Virus record (IMG/VR): IMGVR_UViG_3300042879_005846
Direction: 5' to 3' (one strand)
Origin: an uncultured virus (IMG/VR IMGVR_UViG_3300042879_005846)
Taxonomy: Duplodnaviria > Heunggongvirae > Uroviricota > Caudoviricetes
Length of the DNA: 20,000 nt
The notes below the pieces were generated by a model, which saw nothing but the letters and a program-made list of their open reading frames with translations, was not told the origin of the DNA and made no database searches. The position numbers were made by a program, and so were the translations under genes. This document shows positions 1-8,748 of this stretch, one piece after another. Position 1 is the first letter of the stretch. Each line of letters opens with the position of its first letter.

Positions 1-336
1 GTGGATAAAAGTGGTGGTAGGGAGAATCCCGATACACTTGAATTTGATATTTATTGGTCCTTTGATGATAATACAAAAAGTTTGGATATAAATGTAGAAG
101 TAAATTATGGAGATTTAACAGCATGTCAGTTCTCCATAGAAACTCCAAATAAAGTGGATGTCATAGTATATACTTCATTACACTCAAAAGATGATCCCTC
201 AAACACAGTTTTTGCACTTGATGATGAAAGTTTGCAGTCTTTTTGTAATTACATCAATAGATGGGATCACGAATTTAATCTAAACAGAGAAGATTTGAAA
301 TTTATGGATAAGTATGATAATTACTTACCCACTTGA
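1..336 (+). CDS. hypothetical protein (probably 5'-truncated by the window edge)
   Basis: ORF open from base 1 to TGA at 334-336; acidic protein with no recognised motif. Confidence 0.7.
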   Translation: MDKSGGRENPDTLEFDIYWSFDDNTKSLDINVEVNYGDLTACQFSIETPNKVDVIVYTSLHSKDDPSNTVFALDDESLQSFCNYINRWDHEFNLNREDLKFMDKYDNYLPT

Positions 337-1569
337 TTTATCCCAAGTTTCAATTCCAAGAATGTGATAAACCTTATCTTTTACATCCTCTTGCACAACC
401 CTCCTTATTGAAAGTTCCATGAGTAACAATTCCATTTCATCTTCTAAATTATGGTCTTTCAAGTCATAATTCTCCATAATAGATATGGCAACAAAAGGAT
501 CTTTGGAAAATTTGCTAAGTATTGTCTCAAATGATTTTAGTTGATTTGAGAGACTAAGACCTTTAAGGTTTCTATTAGTGTTGGGAGCGTGTACTACTAG
601 TCTATGAAGTTTATCTATAACTTCATCAGATGGTTCAATATCCAAATAATCTTTTAATGACATAGAAGAATCCATTATAGGATGTAACTTAAACCACAAT
701 TTTTCATTAGTTTCATTATTAAGGATGTTTCTAACATAAAAAAGGAAATCCTTTGATAAAAAAACACCAGTAATCTCTCCTTTTATGATATCAAGTTCAA
801 TGTTCTTGGGTTCTAATGTCCAAATTAAGTCATGTACCCCCAGATTATTCCTTAAATATTCCTCTATTTCTTCATCACGTACCAATTTGAAATACCTATT
901 CAATTCAAACTCATACCTTTTGTACATATTAGCGTATCTTTCTTTGAATCTGAACTTTTGTGAGTCCATAAACTTGATGTTTTGCATTGCATAACAAATT
1001 ATATCAAGTTCTATCTTTGGCAGAGTGGCTCCAAGATCATTTTTCTTTTTAACTAACCTCATGGCTGAGTGTGCTGGTGAAGTTAGATTTGTTAGTCTTA
1101 ATTCTTCAGTTTCTAAAAACAGTTCAAAATCTTTAGACCAAATGAATTTATCATTTTTTATATCATAACCCAATTGACAACAATTGATATCAAAAGATTC
1201 AAGTACAATACTTGGATCCTCAGTAGAAGACTTATATTCAATAATATTAAAAATACCATTTACTGAAACCTTTTCAATTGTATACCAACCCCTTTGCTGG
1301 TATCCAACATTTAATCCAGTATAATCTTCATAAACCCACTTCACATTTTTGGTAAAGTGTTGCTTTTCTTTCATTTCCCTTGTTGATATTGATTTTTTTA
1401 CCTCTGATAAATGATAAATATCCAAATCATTTATTGGAGCTTCCTTACCTTTGAGTATATTCCAAGCCACATTTGCAATAGACCCACCAGCTAGGAAACC
1501 AGTTGTTGGTAATTCCCATTTTGACTTTATTTGGTCAAGTGCTTGTCTAAAAATTTTATTGTATTCCAT
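325..1569 (-). CDS. putative nucleotidyltransferase (Pol-beta superfamily, poly(A) polymerase/CCA-enzyme-like head domain)
   Basis: 414 aa; GFLAGGS followed by DLDIY (hGG...DxD metal-binding motif) and FDINCCQ, resembling the RDFTIN motif of class II NTases. Confidence 0.65.
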   Translation of the reverse strand: MEYNKIFRQALDQIKSKWELPTTGFLAGGSIANVAWNILKGKEAPINDLDIYHLSEVKKSISTREMKEKQHFTKNVKWVYEDYTGLNVGYQQRGWYTIEKVSVNGIFNIIEYKSSTEDPSIVLESFDINCCQLGYDIKNDKFIWSKDFELFLETEELRLTNLTSPAHSAMRLVKKKNDLGATLPKIELDIICYAMQNIKFMDSQKFRFKERYANMYKRYEFELNRYFKLVRDEEIEEYLRNNLGVHDLIWTLEPKNIELDIIKGEITGVFLSKDFLFYVRNILNNETNEKLWFKLHPIMDSSMSLKDYLDIEPSDEVIDKLHRLVVHAPNTNRNLKGLSLSNQLKSFETILSKFSKDPFVAISIMENYDLKDHNLEDEMELLLMELSIRRVVQEDVKDKVYHILGIETWDKSSG

Positions 1570-1585
1570 AATGAAAATATTTTTA

Positions 1586-1616
1586 CAAAAGTATTAAAAA
1601 AATTACAAAAAACAAA
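1586..1616 (-). promoter_or_regulatory. Bacteroidota sigma-A-type promoter for the nucleotidyltransferase
   Basis: Minus strand reads TTTG-N19-TACTTTTG, matching TTTG-N19-21-TAnnTTTG, 16 nt before the ATG at 1569. Confidence 0.7.
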
Positions 1617-1649
1617 GATTTTCACCAATAATCTCAATATATACACCAT

Positions 1650-1814
1650 ATGAAAACTAATGATAAAAAATTAAATAATGGTATGAAAATATTGGGCGCA
1701 AGTTTACTTTTTTTGGCCATACCTGGTTCTGCTATTGCTTTACCATGGATTATTTGGAATTATAGGAAAAAGTTAAAAAAAGAACCGTCAGAAGATACAG
1801 TTCTTGGAATATAA
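1650..1814 (+). CDS. small single-pass membrane protein, 54 aa (not in ORF track)
   Basis: Translated by hand: MKTNDKKLNNGMKILGASLLFLAIPGSAIALPWIIWNYRKKLKKEPSEDTVLGI; hydrophobic stretch followed by a basic patch; AATATATA 6 nt upstream; fills the intergenic gap. Confidence 0.7.
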   Translation: MKTNDKKLNNGMKILGASLLFLAIPGSAIALPWIIWNYRKKLKKEPSEDTVLGI

Positions 1815-1889
1815 AACCTAAAATTTGGACTAATAATTTAAACTTGTAAATATTATTATTATAAAAAGTAATAAATCTAATTTAAAATT

Positions 1890-2360
1890 ATGAAGACTAC
1901 TCAAGAATGGTTTAACCTATTGAAAGACGAGCACAAAGACAAAGCCTTAAAAAACATGAAAAATGCAAAAACTGAACATTATAGTTTAGCTGGAGCTATT
2001 TCCAATGGATTTACTTGGGAAGAAACACCAGAGGGTAAAGACTATTGGAATAAAGTTTTTAGGGAAGTTATGTATGGTGAAAAATTTGAACAAGGAATTG
2101 AAGTTAAGAAACAAACTGAACCAATTCAAACACCAAAAAATGAACCACAAACTCAACCTACTATTCAGTATGTTTCACAAAATCAAATACAATCATCTAC
2201 TAATCAAGTAGAAGAATTAATTGATGAAAATAAATCAGATAATCTTTTTGAACAATACAAGAAAGAAACATCAAATCCAGTAGATAATGTTGTTGAAGAT
2301 GGAGAACCTGATAACCTATTCAAACAGTATAAATTAGAACAAGAAAATTATTCAAAATAA
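1890..2360 (+). CDS. hypothetical protein (N-terminal FTWEETPEGKDYW domain, Q/E/N-rich tail)
   Basis: 156 aa ORF; FxWxxTPEGxxYW-type motif; DNLF(E/K)QYK occurs twice in the tail. Confidence 0.8.
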   Translation: MKTTQEWFNLLKDEHKDKALKNMKNAKTEHYSLAGAISNGFTWEETPEGKDYWNKVFREVMYGEKFEQGIEVKKQTEPIQTPKNEPQTQPTIQYVSQNQIQSSTNQVEELIDENKSDNLFEQYKKETSNPVDNVVEDGEPDNLFKQYKLEQENYSK

Positions 2361-2398
2361 TTTTCAAACTTTTTTTTCACAAAACACTATATAAAATT

Positions 2399-2725
2399 AT
2401 GTTTTACTTTTTAATTTATACATGTATCCTTATACTTTTGAACTCACTCTGGTCACTTAAAAACTTTAGTAAAATTCAAAAGGTTTATAATAATTTGAAA
2501 TTCTATAGGTTCAAAACTCATGGAAGTTTGATTATAGCTAATGAGGGTAGTAAAGATGAGTTTGTGGTTGTTAATGACTGGAACTTCAGACTACCCAATG
2601 ACCAAAATTTACACTTTGACATATGGACATTGGTTGATTTTCATCGATTATATTGGTTAATAAAATTCCACAACCAGTTTAACAAAGATAAGACAGATAC
2701 TGGATCTCATATCTTATTTTTTTGA
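2399..2725 (+). CDS. hypothetical protein with N-terminal membrane anchor
   Basis: 108 aa; hydrophobic N-terminus; TATATA 5 nt before the ATG. Confidence 0.7.
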   Translation: MFYFLIYTCILILLNSLWSLKNFSKIQKVYNNLKFYRFKTHGSLIIANEGSKDEFVVVNDWNFRLPNDQNLHFDIWTLVDFHRLYWLIKFHNQFNKDKTDTGSHILFF

Positions 2726-2908
2726 TTCTGAACTCTTTATTATTTCATTCATTTTATAGGAAACTAAATTGGTCAAAGATTCTATCCTCTGATTGAGTTT
2801 CTTATTTTCTTGCATCAACTGCATATAGATATATAAACTTAAGAGTATCAAAATCAATGGTAGTAGTTTACTTAACATTGACAAAATGCTTTCAAAAAAT
2901 TTTCTCAT
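2714..2908 (-). CDS. small membrane protein with coiled-coil tail
   Basis: TM segment LLPLILILLSLYIYM followed by heptad-like QENKKLNQRIESL; ATG at 2908 preferred to TTG at 2920. Confidence 0.65.
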   Translation of the reverse strand: MRKFFESILSMLSKLLPLILILLSLYIYMQLMQENKKLNQRIESLTNLVSYKMNEIIKSSESKK

Positions 2909-2970
2909 AATGTAAATCAATCCTTTATATAACTATATATTATGTTATAATACACTAATGATATATATTA

Positions 2971-4299
2971 TTGAATTATTTTAAGAATGTGAAGCTATTT
3001 CTAAAATATATTTTTTCCCTACTATTTTCAACTTGTTGGTTGCTTATAAGTGTTTATTTATCCTATCCTTGGGTTTGTGAAATTGCAAATTATATTGGAT
3101 TTTTCTTAGCTTGGACTGTAGTACTTGGTATATCATTACTACCAGGTGTAGCTCTCTCATTTGTGGGTATTTCACTTTATATTGATAATAGACCAAGACA
3201 CAAATTAGAAAAAAATCAACTACCACCAATCTCAATTCTGATAGCAGCTTATAATGAAGAACAAACTATTTATTCAACTTTACAAAGCATTTACTCCCAA
3301 AAATATCCAAGCGATTTTGAAATTGTTATAGTTAGTGATGGTTCCAAAGATAAAACAATTGAGTTTGTGAAACTCTTTGAAAAAAATAATGGTTGTAGAA
3401 ATTTAATAATCATTGATAATGAGGAAAACAAAGGAAAAGCTCTTGTATTAAATCAGGGATTAGAATATTGTAAATATGAACTAATTGTTGGTGTAGATGC
3501 TGATTCAATGTTACATGATTTAGCTCTTGAAAAAATAATACAAACAATGGTTGGGTCTGATGAAGATTATGCTGCTGTTGCTGGAACCATTCTTTGTAGA
3601 AATTACAAAAAATCATTCATTGCTAGATTACAATATTGGGATTATTTGATAGGTATTTCCTCAATCAAAAGAATACAATCAATGTACCAAGGCACATTAG
3701 TAGCTCAAGGAGCTTTTTCTGTTTATAAAAAATCTATACTAAAAGAAATTGGAGGTTGGCCTAATAAAATAGGTGAGGATATTGTTCTAACTTGGAATAT
3801 TTTGGACAGAAACCACAAAGTTGGTCACTCAGAACATGCTATTTGTTTTACAAATGTACCAGAAACCTATAAGGGGTTTTATAATCAAAGAAAAAGATGG
3901 TCAAGAGGATTGATTGAAGCTTTTTTTTCCTACCCAAAATTATTATTTAAAAAAAGAAAGTCTACATTTTTTATATGGTATAATTTGTTTTTCCCATTTA
4001 TAGATTTTATTTTCATGTTTGTATTTTTTCCTGGTGTGATTGCAGCATTATTTTTCAAATTTTACCTGGTTGCTGGAATTATTACCATACTACAAATCCC
4101 ATTAGCTATTATTTATAATGCAACTATATTTTTCATCCAAAAACAAAGTTTAAAAGAGGAAAAACTCAGTTTACCAAGTGGTATGTGGTTGACTTCTATA
4201 GTTTATATTATTATTTATCAACTAATAATGACACCAGCTACGCTGGATGGATACTTATCAGAATTATTGAATAAAAAGAAAACTTGGGGCGATGAATAA
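2971..4299 (+). CDS. processive GT2 glycosyltransferase, PgaC/IcaA (poly-beta-1,6-GlcNAc synthase)-like
   Basis: N-terminal TMs; IAAYNEE, DGSKD, GKA.VLN, DAD, GED, QRKRW (D,D,D,QxxRW signature); C-terminal TMs; ends KTW. Confidence 0.85.
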   Translation: MNYFKNVKLFLKYIFSLLFSTCWLLISVYLSYPWVCEIANYIGFFLAWTVVLGISLLPGVALSFVGISLYIDNRPRHKLEKNQLPPISILIAAYNEEQTIYSTLQSIYSQKYPSDFEIVIVSDGSKDKTIEFVKLFEKNNGCRNLIIIDNEENKGKALVLNQGLEYCKYELIVGVDADSMLHDLALEKIIQTMVGSDEDYAAVAGTILCRNYKKSFIARLQYWDYLIGISSIKRIQSMYQGTLVAQGAFSVYKKSILKEIGGWPNKIGEDIVLTWNILDRNHKVGHSEHAICFTNVPETYKGFYNQRKRWSRGLIEAFFSYPKLLFKKRKSTFFIWYNLFFPFIDFIFMFVFFPGVIAALFFKFYLVAGIITILQIPLAIIYNATIFFIQKQSLKEEKLSLPSGMWLTSIVYIIIYQLIMTPATLDGYLSELLNKKKTWGDE

Positions 4300-5206
4300 G
4301 TTATTGTTTTTACTTATCTTTTTTATTCCAATAGAAGTATTTTCACAAAGAGAGTTTTTCTCAAGTTCATTTATTTCAGTTGATAATGAAAATCAAATAA
4401 ATATTAGTTCTAATCAAGGTATTTCAACAGAACTTGACTCATTATTCAAGAAGGATTCAATATTTATAAAAAGGAAAACTTTTGTTGGTATATCAAATGG
4501 AATCAGATATTATAAAACTAATATAAATGAACCCACTTATTACTTCAATGAGTCAAAAATTTACATAAAATCAACACCATTCAAAAGATTTACAACAATT
4601 TTCAATCCATCATTACTTATATCTAAAAACTTCTCAACATTTTCATATGAGTTTTCATCAAGCTATCAAATAAAAAAGTTTTATTTTGAAGCTTCTTCTG
4701 AAAGAGATTTAGTTGGAGCAAGAGCACTTATGGTCAACTTGGTTTCAAACTATTATGGATTATCTGTTGATTATAATTTCTTTAAAGGATTTACTTTGGT
4801 AGGTGGATACCAATATAATTACATAAATGACAATAATAAAAGACATTTTTTACTTAGTAGACTAATTTATACTTTATCAAATGAAAAAATATACTTTGAT
4901 TTTAGAACAAAAGATATGAGAGGTGGTACTTGGAGTCCTTATTATTTCAGTCCAGAAAAAATATCCCAAAGACAAATTGGATTTGGATTTAATGATAGTT
5001 TTTTCCAAGATAAAATGGCTTTTGGTGGATATTTAGGTACTGGAGTACAAACAATTGATACACAGTCTATGTATTTATTGGTGGTTGATTTCAAATTTAA
5101 AAGTAGAATAACAAAAAAGTTAGTTTCAGAAGGAAACTTTGGTGTTAGAAATTTCAATAAATATATTTATGGTTTTACAAACTTAAAACTAAAATATATT
5201 TTCTAA
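4292..5206 (+). CDS. putative outer-membrane beta-barrel protein (PgaA/YaiO-like export pore)
   Basis: Signal peptide MNKLLFLLIFFIPIEVFS; alternating aromatic amphipathic strands; YYFSP motif; C-terminal LKLKYIF beta-signal; overlaps the GT2 stop by 8 nt. Confidence 0.6.
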   Translation: MNKLLFLLIFFIPIEVFSQREFFSSSFISVDNENQINISSNQGISTELDSLFKKDSIFIKRKTFVGISNGIRYYKTNINEPTYYFNESKIYIKSTPFKRFTTIFNPSLLISKNFSTFSYEFSSSYQIKKFYFEASSERDLVGARALMVNLVSNYYGLSVDYNFFKGFTLVGGYQYNYINDNNKRHFLLSRLIYTLSNEKIYFDFRTKDMRGGTWSPYYFSPEKISQRQIGFGFNDSFFQDKMAFGGYLGTGVQTIDTQSMYLLVVDFKFKSRITKKLVSEGNFGVRNFNKYIYGFTNLKLKYIF

Positions 5207-5571
5207 TGTATAATATAATCAAATTTTTTATTATGGGTGATATAGACTATTTTATTGGGCAAGTAATGTGGACAAATTTTATAATGTTCATATGGTTCAA
5301 TACAGATGCTTTTGTGGACTATCTGTCTTGGACAAAAAAATTTAAATTAAAAGAGTATAAAGAATATACACAGTTAAATAAAAGACTTCCATACCCAGAT
5401 TTTCTTTTTTTAACTAAACCATTCTTTATAACGAAATTATTAAGTTGTAGACCATGTTTACATTTTTGGATAGTCTTATCCACTGGTCTATATTTTAATT
5501 TTTCTTCATTAGCTGGTGTTTATATAACATCTTATGCAATTTATAAGTTACTTCAAAAGTATGTCTATTAA
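5206..5571 (+). CDS. membrane protein with CxxCxxFW motif (DUF1360-like)
   Basis: LLSCRPCLHFW between hydrophobic segments; the start may be at 5233. Confidence 0.65.
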   Translation: MYNIIKFFIMGDIDYFIGQVMWTNFIMFIWFNTDAFVDYLSWTKKFKLKEYKEYTQLNKRLPYPDFLFLTKPFFITKLLSCRPCLHFWIVLSTGLYFNFSSLAGVYITSYAIYKLLQKYVY

Positions 5572-5863
5572 TGCAGAAGTTGTGAGAAAATCATTGATGG
5601 ATTCACACCATCAATTTTATAGATTTATTAAAAACCAACCTGATTTATTGGAAAGATACACTGAATTCAAAATTTTCAATGACCACATTTTCCTATCCAA
5701 GAATGGGTGTCCCTGTAATACAGAAGAACATGAAAAAGAAGCCACTGATATTTACAAACAATTTGACAAGATGAACCAACAAGCATTCACTGAAATAAAA
5801 CAAATCATGAAATGTTCAGGAATAATTTTCAAACTTAATGGTGAATTTCTTTTTGAATTGTAA
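5561..5863 (+). CDS. hypothetical protein with GCPC motif
   Basis: ORF; ATG at 5561 (MSINAE) preferred because it gives a short overlap with the upstream gene. Confidence 0.7.
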   Translation: MSINAEVVRKSLMDSHHQFYRFIKNQPDLLERYTEFKIFNDHIFLSKNGCPCNTEEHEKEATDIYKQFDKMNQQAFTEIKQIMKCSGIIFKLNGEFLFEL

Positions 5864-5882
5864 AAAATTATTTTTACCTTTG
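5852..5882 (+). promoter_or_regulatory. Bacteroidota sigma-A-type promoter
   Basis: TTTG (5852-5855)-N19-TACCTTTG (5875-5882), immediately before the ATG at 5887. Confidence 0.7.
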
Positions 5883-5886
5883 TACT

Positions 5887-6108
5887 ATGTTAACAAATAG
5901 AGAATTAGCAAAACACATTTATGAAAGAGTTCTTAATATAGGTAATAAAAAGATGGAACCAAACAATGATATAAATGATATAAATGAAATAAGTTATATT
6001 CAACACTTGATTGAGTTACATTTTGACTCTGAAGAACACCTTGGTTCTAAAGGATTTATGTCAATAAGTAAAAATATTGATGACAAAAGAATTGGTTACG
6101 GATGTTAA
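5887..6108 (+). CDS. hypothetical protein
   Basis: 73 aa ORF behind a consensus promoter. Confidence 0.7.
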   Translation: MLTNRELAKHIYERVLNIGNKKMEPNNDINDINEISYIQHLIELHFDSEEHLGSKGFMSISKNIDDKRIGYGC

Positions 6109-6127
6109 ACTTTTAAAAACTTAGAAA

Positions 6128-6349
6128 ATGAAAAAATACGATGTTAAATCAGCCTCAATTGTTTATGTTGTTTGGTGTATTATGTCTTACTTTGTAGCGT
6201 CCTTCTATGTTTGGCAATGGAACCCAGGTCTTTGGCCACAAGAACACAGGGATGTTATGACTATGTTTGGACCTATCTTTGGGATTTTTATTTTCCTAAG
6301 TGTACTTTTCTGGGATGAAATCTTCAAAGAAGAAAGTCCTGAAATCTAA
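6128..6349 (+). CDS. small two-TM membrane protein
   Basis: Two hydrophobic segments flanking WQWNPGLWPQEHR. Confidence 0.75.
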   Translation: MKKYDVKSASIVYVVWCIMSYFVASFYVWQWNPGLWPQEHRDVMTMFGPIFGIFIFLSVLFWDEIFKEESPEI

Positions 6350-7055
6350 TAATACTTTCTTTGACTATATCAAAGAATTCTTTATCAAAATCCTTCATGT
6401 CTTTTTTGTAGCCAGCTTTGGTTTCATCTTTAACATCATCAGTCCATTGATAAGACCAAAATAAATCTTTGGGGGTTTTAAATCCAAAAAAATCTAAAAC
6501 CTCCTTTTCATGATCCACAGCTTGTTTACCATTCCAATTGTGACCAACTGAAATAACACCACAATCTATATTTTTTATGATATTAGATTCACCTAAAGTA
6601 GCGTGTCTGTTTTCCAACCAAGTCAATCTCTCAATTAATTTAGCATATACTGCATTCATTTTACCCCATCTAATTGAACCAAAGAAAATAACAGCATCAG
6701 AATCTAATAATTCATTGACAACTTTATACAATTCATCATCTTCATTGTTAAATGAAGCCCAACATCTGTGTTGACCAGTTTTGTCCTTACCATTTTTAAG
6801 TAAAGCTTCTTTTATACCACAGTGATTTCCAGTTTTTGAACTAACATTACCTTCACATTCATATATTTTTAGTTTAGAAACATCAATTATTGTTACTTTA
6901 TTTGGTCCAAGTCTTTCTTGTAACCAATAAGCTAATGATGAAGATTTTGGAGTATCATCTTTATGACCAGACCATCTGTTTGATGTCAATAGAAATAGAA
7001 TTCTTTCCTTGTTTTCAAGGTACTTTAAGGTTTTATCCAATTTTTGTTTTGACAT
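6324..7055 (-). CDS. flavodoxin-like NAD(P)H-dependent FMN reductase / iron-sulfur flavoprotein-like protein
   Basis: LLTSNR phosphate-binding loop; Cys motif CEGNVS..CG...RCW; DAVIFFGSIRWG; LIERL. Start moved to 7055 (MSKQKL), which has AATATATA 5 nt upstream and avoids overlap with the divergent gene. Confidence 0.8.
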   Translation of the reverse strand: MSKQKLDKTLKYLENKERILFLLTSNRWSGHKDDTPKSSSLAYWLQERLGPNKVTIIDVSKLKIYECEGNVSSKTGNHCGIKEALLKNGKDKTGQHRCWASFNNEDDELYKVVNELLDSDAVIFFGSIRWGKMNAVYAKLIERLTWLENRHATLGESNIIKNIDCGVISVGHNWNGKQAVDHEKEVLDFFGFKTPKDLFWSYQWTDDVKDETKAGYKKDMKDFDKEFFDIVKESIIRFQDFLL

Positions 7056-7056
7056 A

Positions 7057-7088
7057 TTTGTATATATTAAATAAAAGTTATATATTTG
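7057..7088 (+). promoter_or_regulatory. Bacteroidota sigma-A-type promoter overlapping a divergent AATATATA motif
   Basis: TTTG (7057-7060)-N20-TATATTTG (7081-7088), before the ATG at 7093. Confidence 0.7.
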
Positions 7089-7092
7089 TGGT

Positions 7093-7278
7093 ATGGAAAT
7101 AACAGAGAAAATTGAACTCAATAAAAAAATAAAAAATTATTCTGGTGATAATAATTTTTTATTATCTTTACAGAAACAATTAAAGACAAGTAAATATCTT
7201 CAAAAAGTTGAAGTTGGTAGCAAGTCTTTCAAAATTCTTAGTGAAAAACAATATTTAGTTTCAAAATCTTTACTCTAA
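7093..7278 (+). CDS. small basic hypothetical protein
   Basis: 61 aa Lys-rich ORF behind a consensus promoter. Confidence 0.7.
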   Translation: MEITEKIELNKKIKNYSGDNNFLLSLQKQLKTSKYLQKVEVGSKSFKILSEKQYLVSKSLL

Positions 7279-7284
7279 AATATT

Positions 7285-7737
7285 ATGATATACAACACTG
7301 ATAACCTCCTTTGCTTCCACCTAAACCTGTTCAACACTTTTGAACAAGTTGAAAAAATGATTTCAGACAGAAACCTGACTGATCTTGACCCATATATCAT
7401 TTGGGATTCTAAACAAAATGGTAGACTAAAAATATGGATTGACTCTGAAACCCATAATATTCTTTTTTGGACCCAAAAAGGCGACAAAAGAGGAACAATT
7501 TGTATGAGTTCTCACTATCTCACACAAATCAATAACATGAAATCTATTGTGTATGACAAAAAAGTAAAAGTTCAAGCAGTTACTGAATCCAATATTTCTC
7601 AACCAATTGGTAAAAATCTTAATTCCACTGAAATTAATCAATCTATACTCAATGTTATCCTTGATAAAATTTCAAGTAAGGGTATTGATTCACTAAACCA
7701 AATGGAAAGGGATTTCTTGGGTAAATTCTCAGACTAA
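7285..7737 (+). CDS. hypothetical protein with C-terminal DUF6576-like motif
   Basis: ILDKISSKGIDSLNQMERDFL resembles the LDKIxxxGxxSLxxxExxFL motif. Confidence 0.7.
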   Translation: MIYNTDNLLCFHLNLFNTFEQVEKMISDRNLTDLDPYIIWDSKQNGRLKIWIDSETHNILFWTQKGDKRGTICMSSHYLTQINNMKSIVYDKKVKVQAVTESNISQPIGKNLNSTEINQSILNVILDKISSKGIDSLNQMERDFLGKFSD

Positions 7738-7928
7738 TCTCTTCTATATTTATTCTTGAATTGTAAACTATTGTAATATAAATACCTCTTTTGGTTTTCT
7801 TGACCAGAAGTGGCTTTTATTCTTTTATACTGGTCCATTTCAGTTTTACTTGGTTTTGTCATTACATCAATATATTTCCTTTTTGACACACATGAAAACA
7901 ACAATAAAACTAATAACATATACCTCAT
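7734..7928 (-). CDS. small putative lipoprotein
   Basis: MRYMLLVLLLFSC lipobox-like signal; AATATATA 4 nt upstream. Confidence 0.7.
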   Translation of the reverse strand: MRYMLLVLLLFSCVSKRKYIDVMTKPSKTEMDQYKRIKATSGQENQKRYLYYNSLQFKNKYRRD

Positions 7929-7945
7929 AAGGTATATATTTTTAC

Positions 7946-8644
7946 TTAAACATAATCATTTGGACTTGCAATCCTAGAATCAATTGATTTCATAAGAGAT
8001 TGGTGGTCTACTAACCCATTATTATTTGATACCATAATATCATGACATATCAATTGTGGCCATAAAGCTATGGAATTTCTTTGTTGCTGTACTTGTGTAA
8101 CAAAATATCTGTCTATCTCCATAGGAAAAGAATCATTATATAAATCAATCATTTCTCTCATAAGGTTAGTGCTTGGTGAATAAGCGTAAAGTCCCCAAAG
8201 GTTCTTTGAATGAATTGTATTATTTGTTATGAATCTATCTTGTATTATTTCATAAGTCCACATTGAACAATCATCATTCAGAGGTATCCAACCAAAATAT
8301 AAAAGATCGTAATTATCTGGGATTAATTGTTTAAAATTTTGAAAAAGTCCTTGAATATTTTTATGTGGCTTGATATCATCTTCTAAAATTAAGATTCTTT
8401 TGAATCCTCTTGAAAGCGCATCATTGTAAATAGAAAGGTGTGATATAGAACAAGCAACATAGTTTTGTGTAGTGAAATGACCGTTATCTAATTTTTTCCA
8501 CAGGTGGTTTAGTACTTGACCATCACAAGCATCAAAAAACTCAAAATCAATTCCAACTCTACCCAATCTTTCTGTAATTAAGGACCTTCTATCAACATTT
8601 CTTTTTAGGGAAAGAACATAGATTTTATCAAAATAATCATTCAT
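7946..8644 (-). CDS. glycosyltransferase family 25
   Basis: IYVLSLKRNVDRR, FFDACDG, ACSISH, LILEDD, DLLYFG, AY motifs. Confidence 0.9.
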   Translation of the reverse strand: MNDYFDKIYVLSLKRNVDRRSLITERLGRVGIDFEFFDACDGQVLNHLWKKLDNGHFTTQNYVACSISHLSIYNDALSRGFKRILILEDDIKPHKNIQGLFQNFKQLIPDNYDLLYFGWIPLNDDCSMWTYEIIQDRFITNNTIHSKNLWGLYAYSPSTNLMREMIDLYNDSFPMEIDRYFVTQVQQQRNSIALWPQLICHDIMVSNNNGLVDHQSLMKSIDSRIASPNDYV

Positions 8645-8654
8645 GTTAATTATT

Positions 8655-8718
8655 ATATTCTTAAACTATAAAAGGTTAATTAACTATAACATTATTATGA
8701 GTATTGAACTAAAATACT
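8655..8718 (+). repeat. direct repeat copy A (thyA upstream region and first codons)
   Basis: 56/64 identical, without gaps, to 9554-9617. Confidence 0.9.
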
Positions 8719-8729
8719 GTTATAATTGA
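8697..8729 (+). pseudogene. remnant of a thyA 5' end (MSIELKYCYN*)
   Basis: ATG is in register with the thyA ATG in the repeat; MSIELKY versus MNIELQY. Confidence 0.6.
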
Positions 8730-8748
8730 AATAAAAAAAAATATAATT

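Noticed and set aside
7056..7121. N-terminal extension of the flavodoxin-like ORF
   Set aside because: It overlaps the divergent gene and its promoter; the ATG at 7055 has the upstream motif
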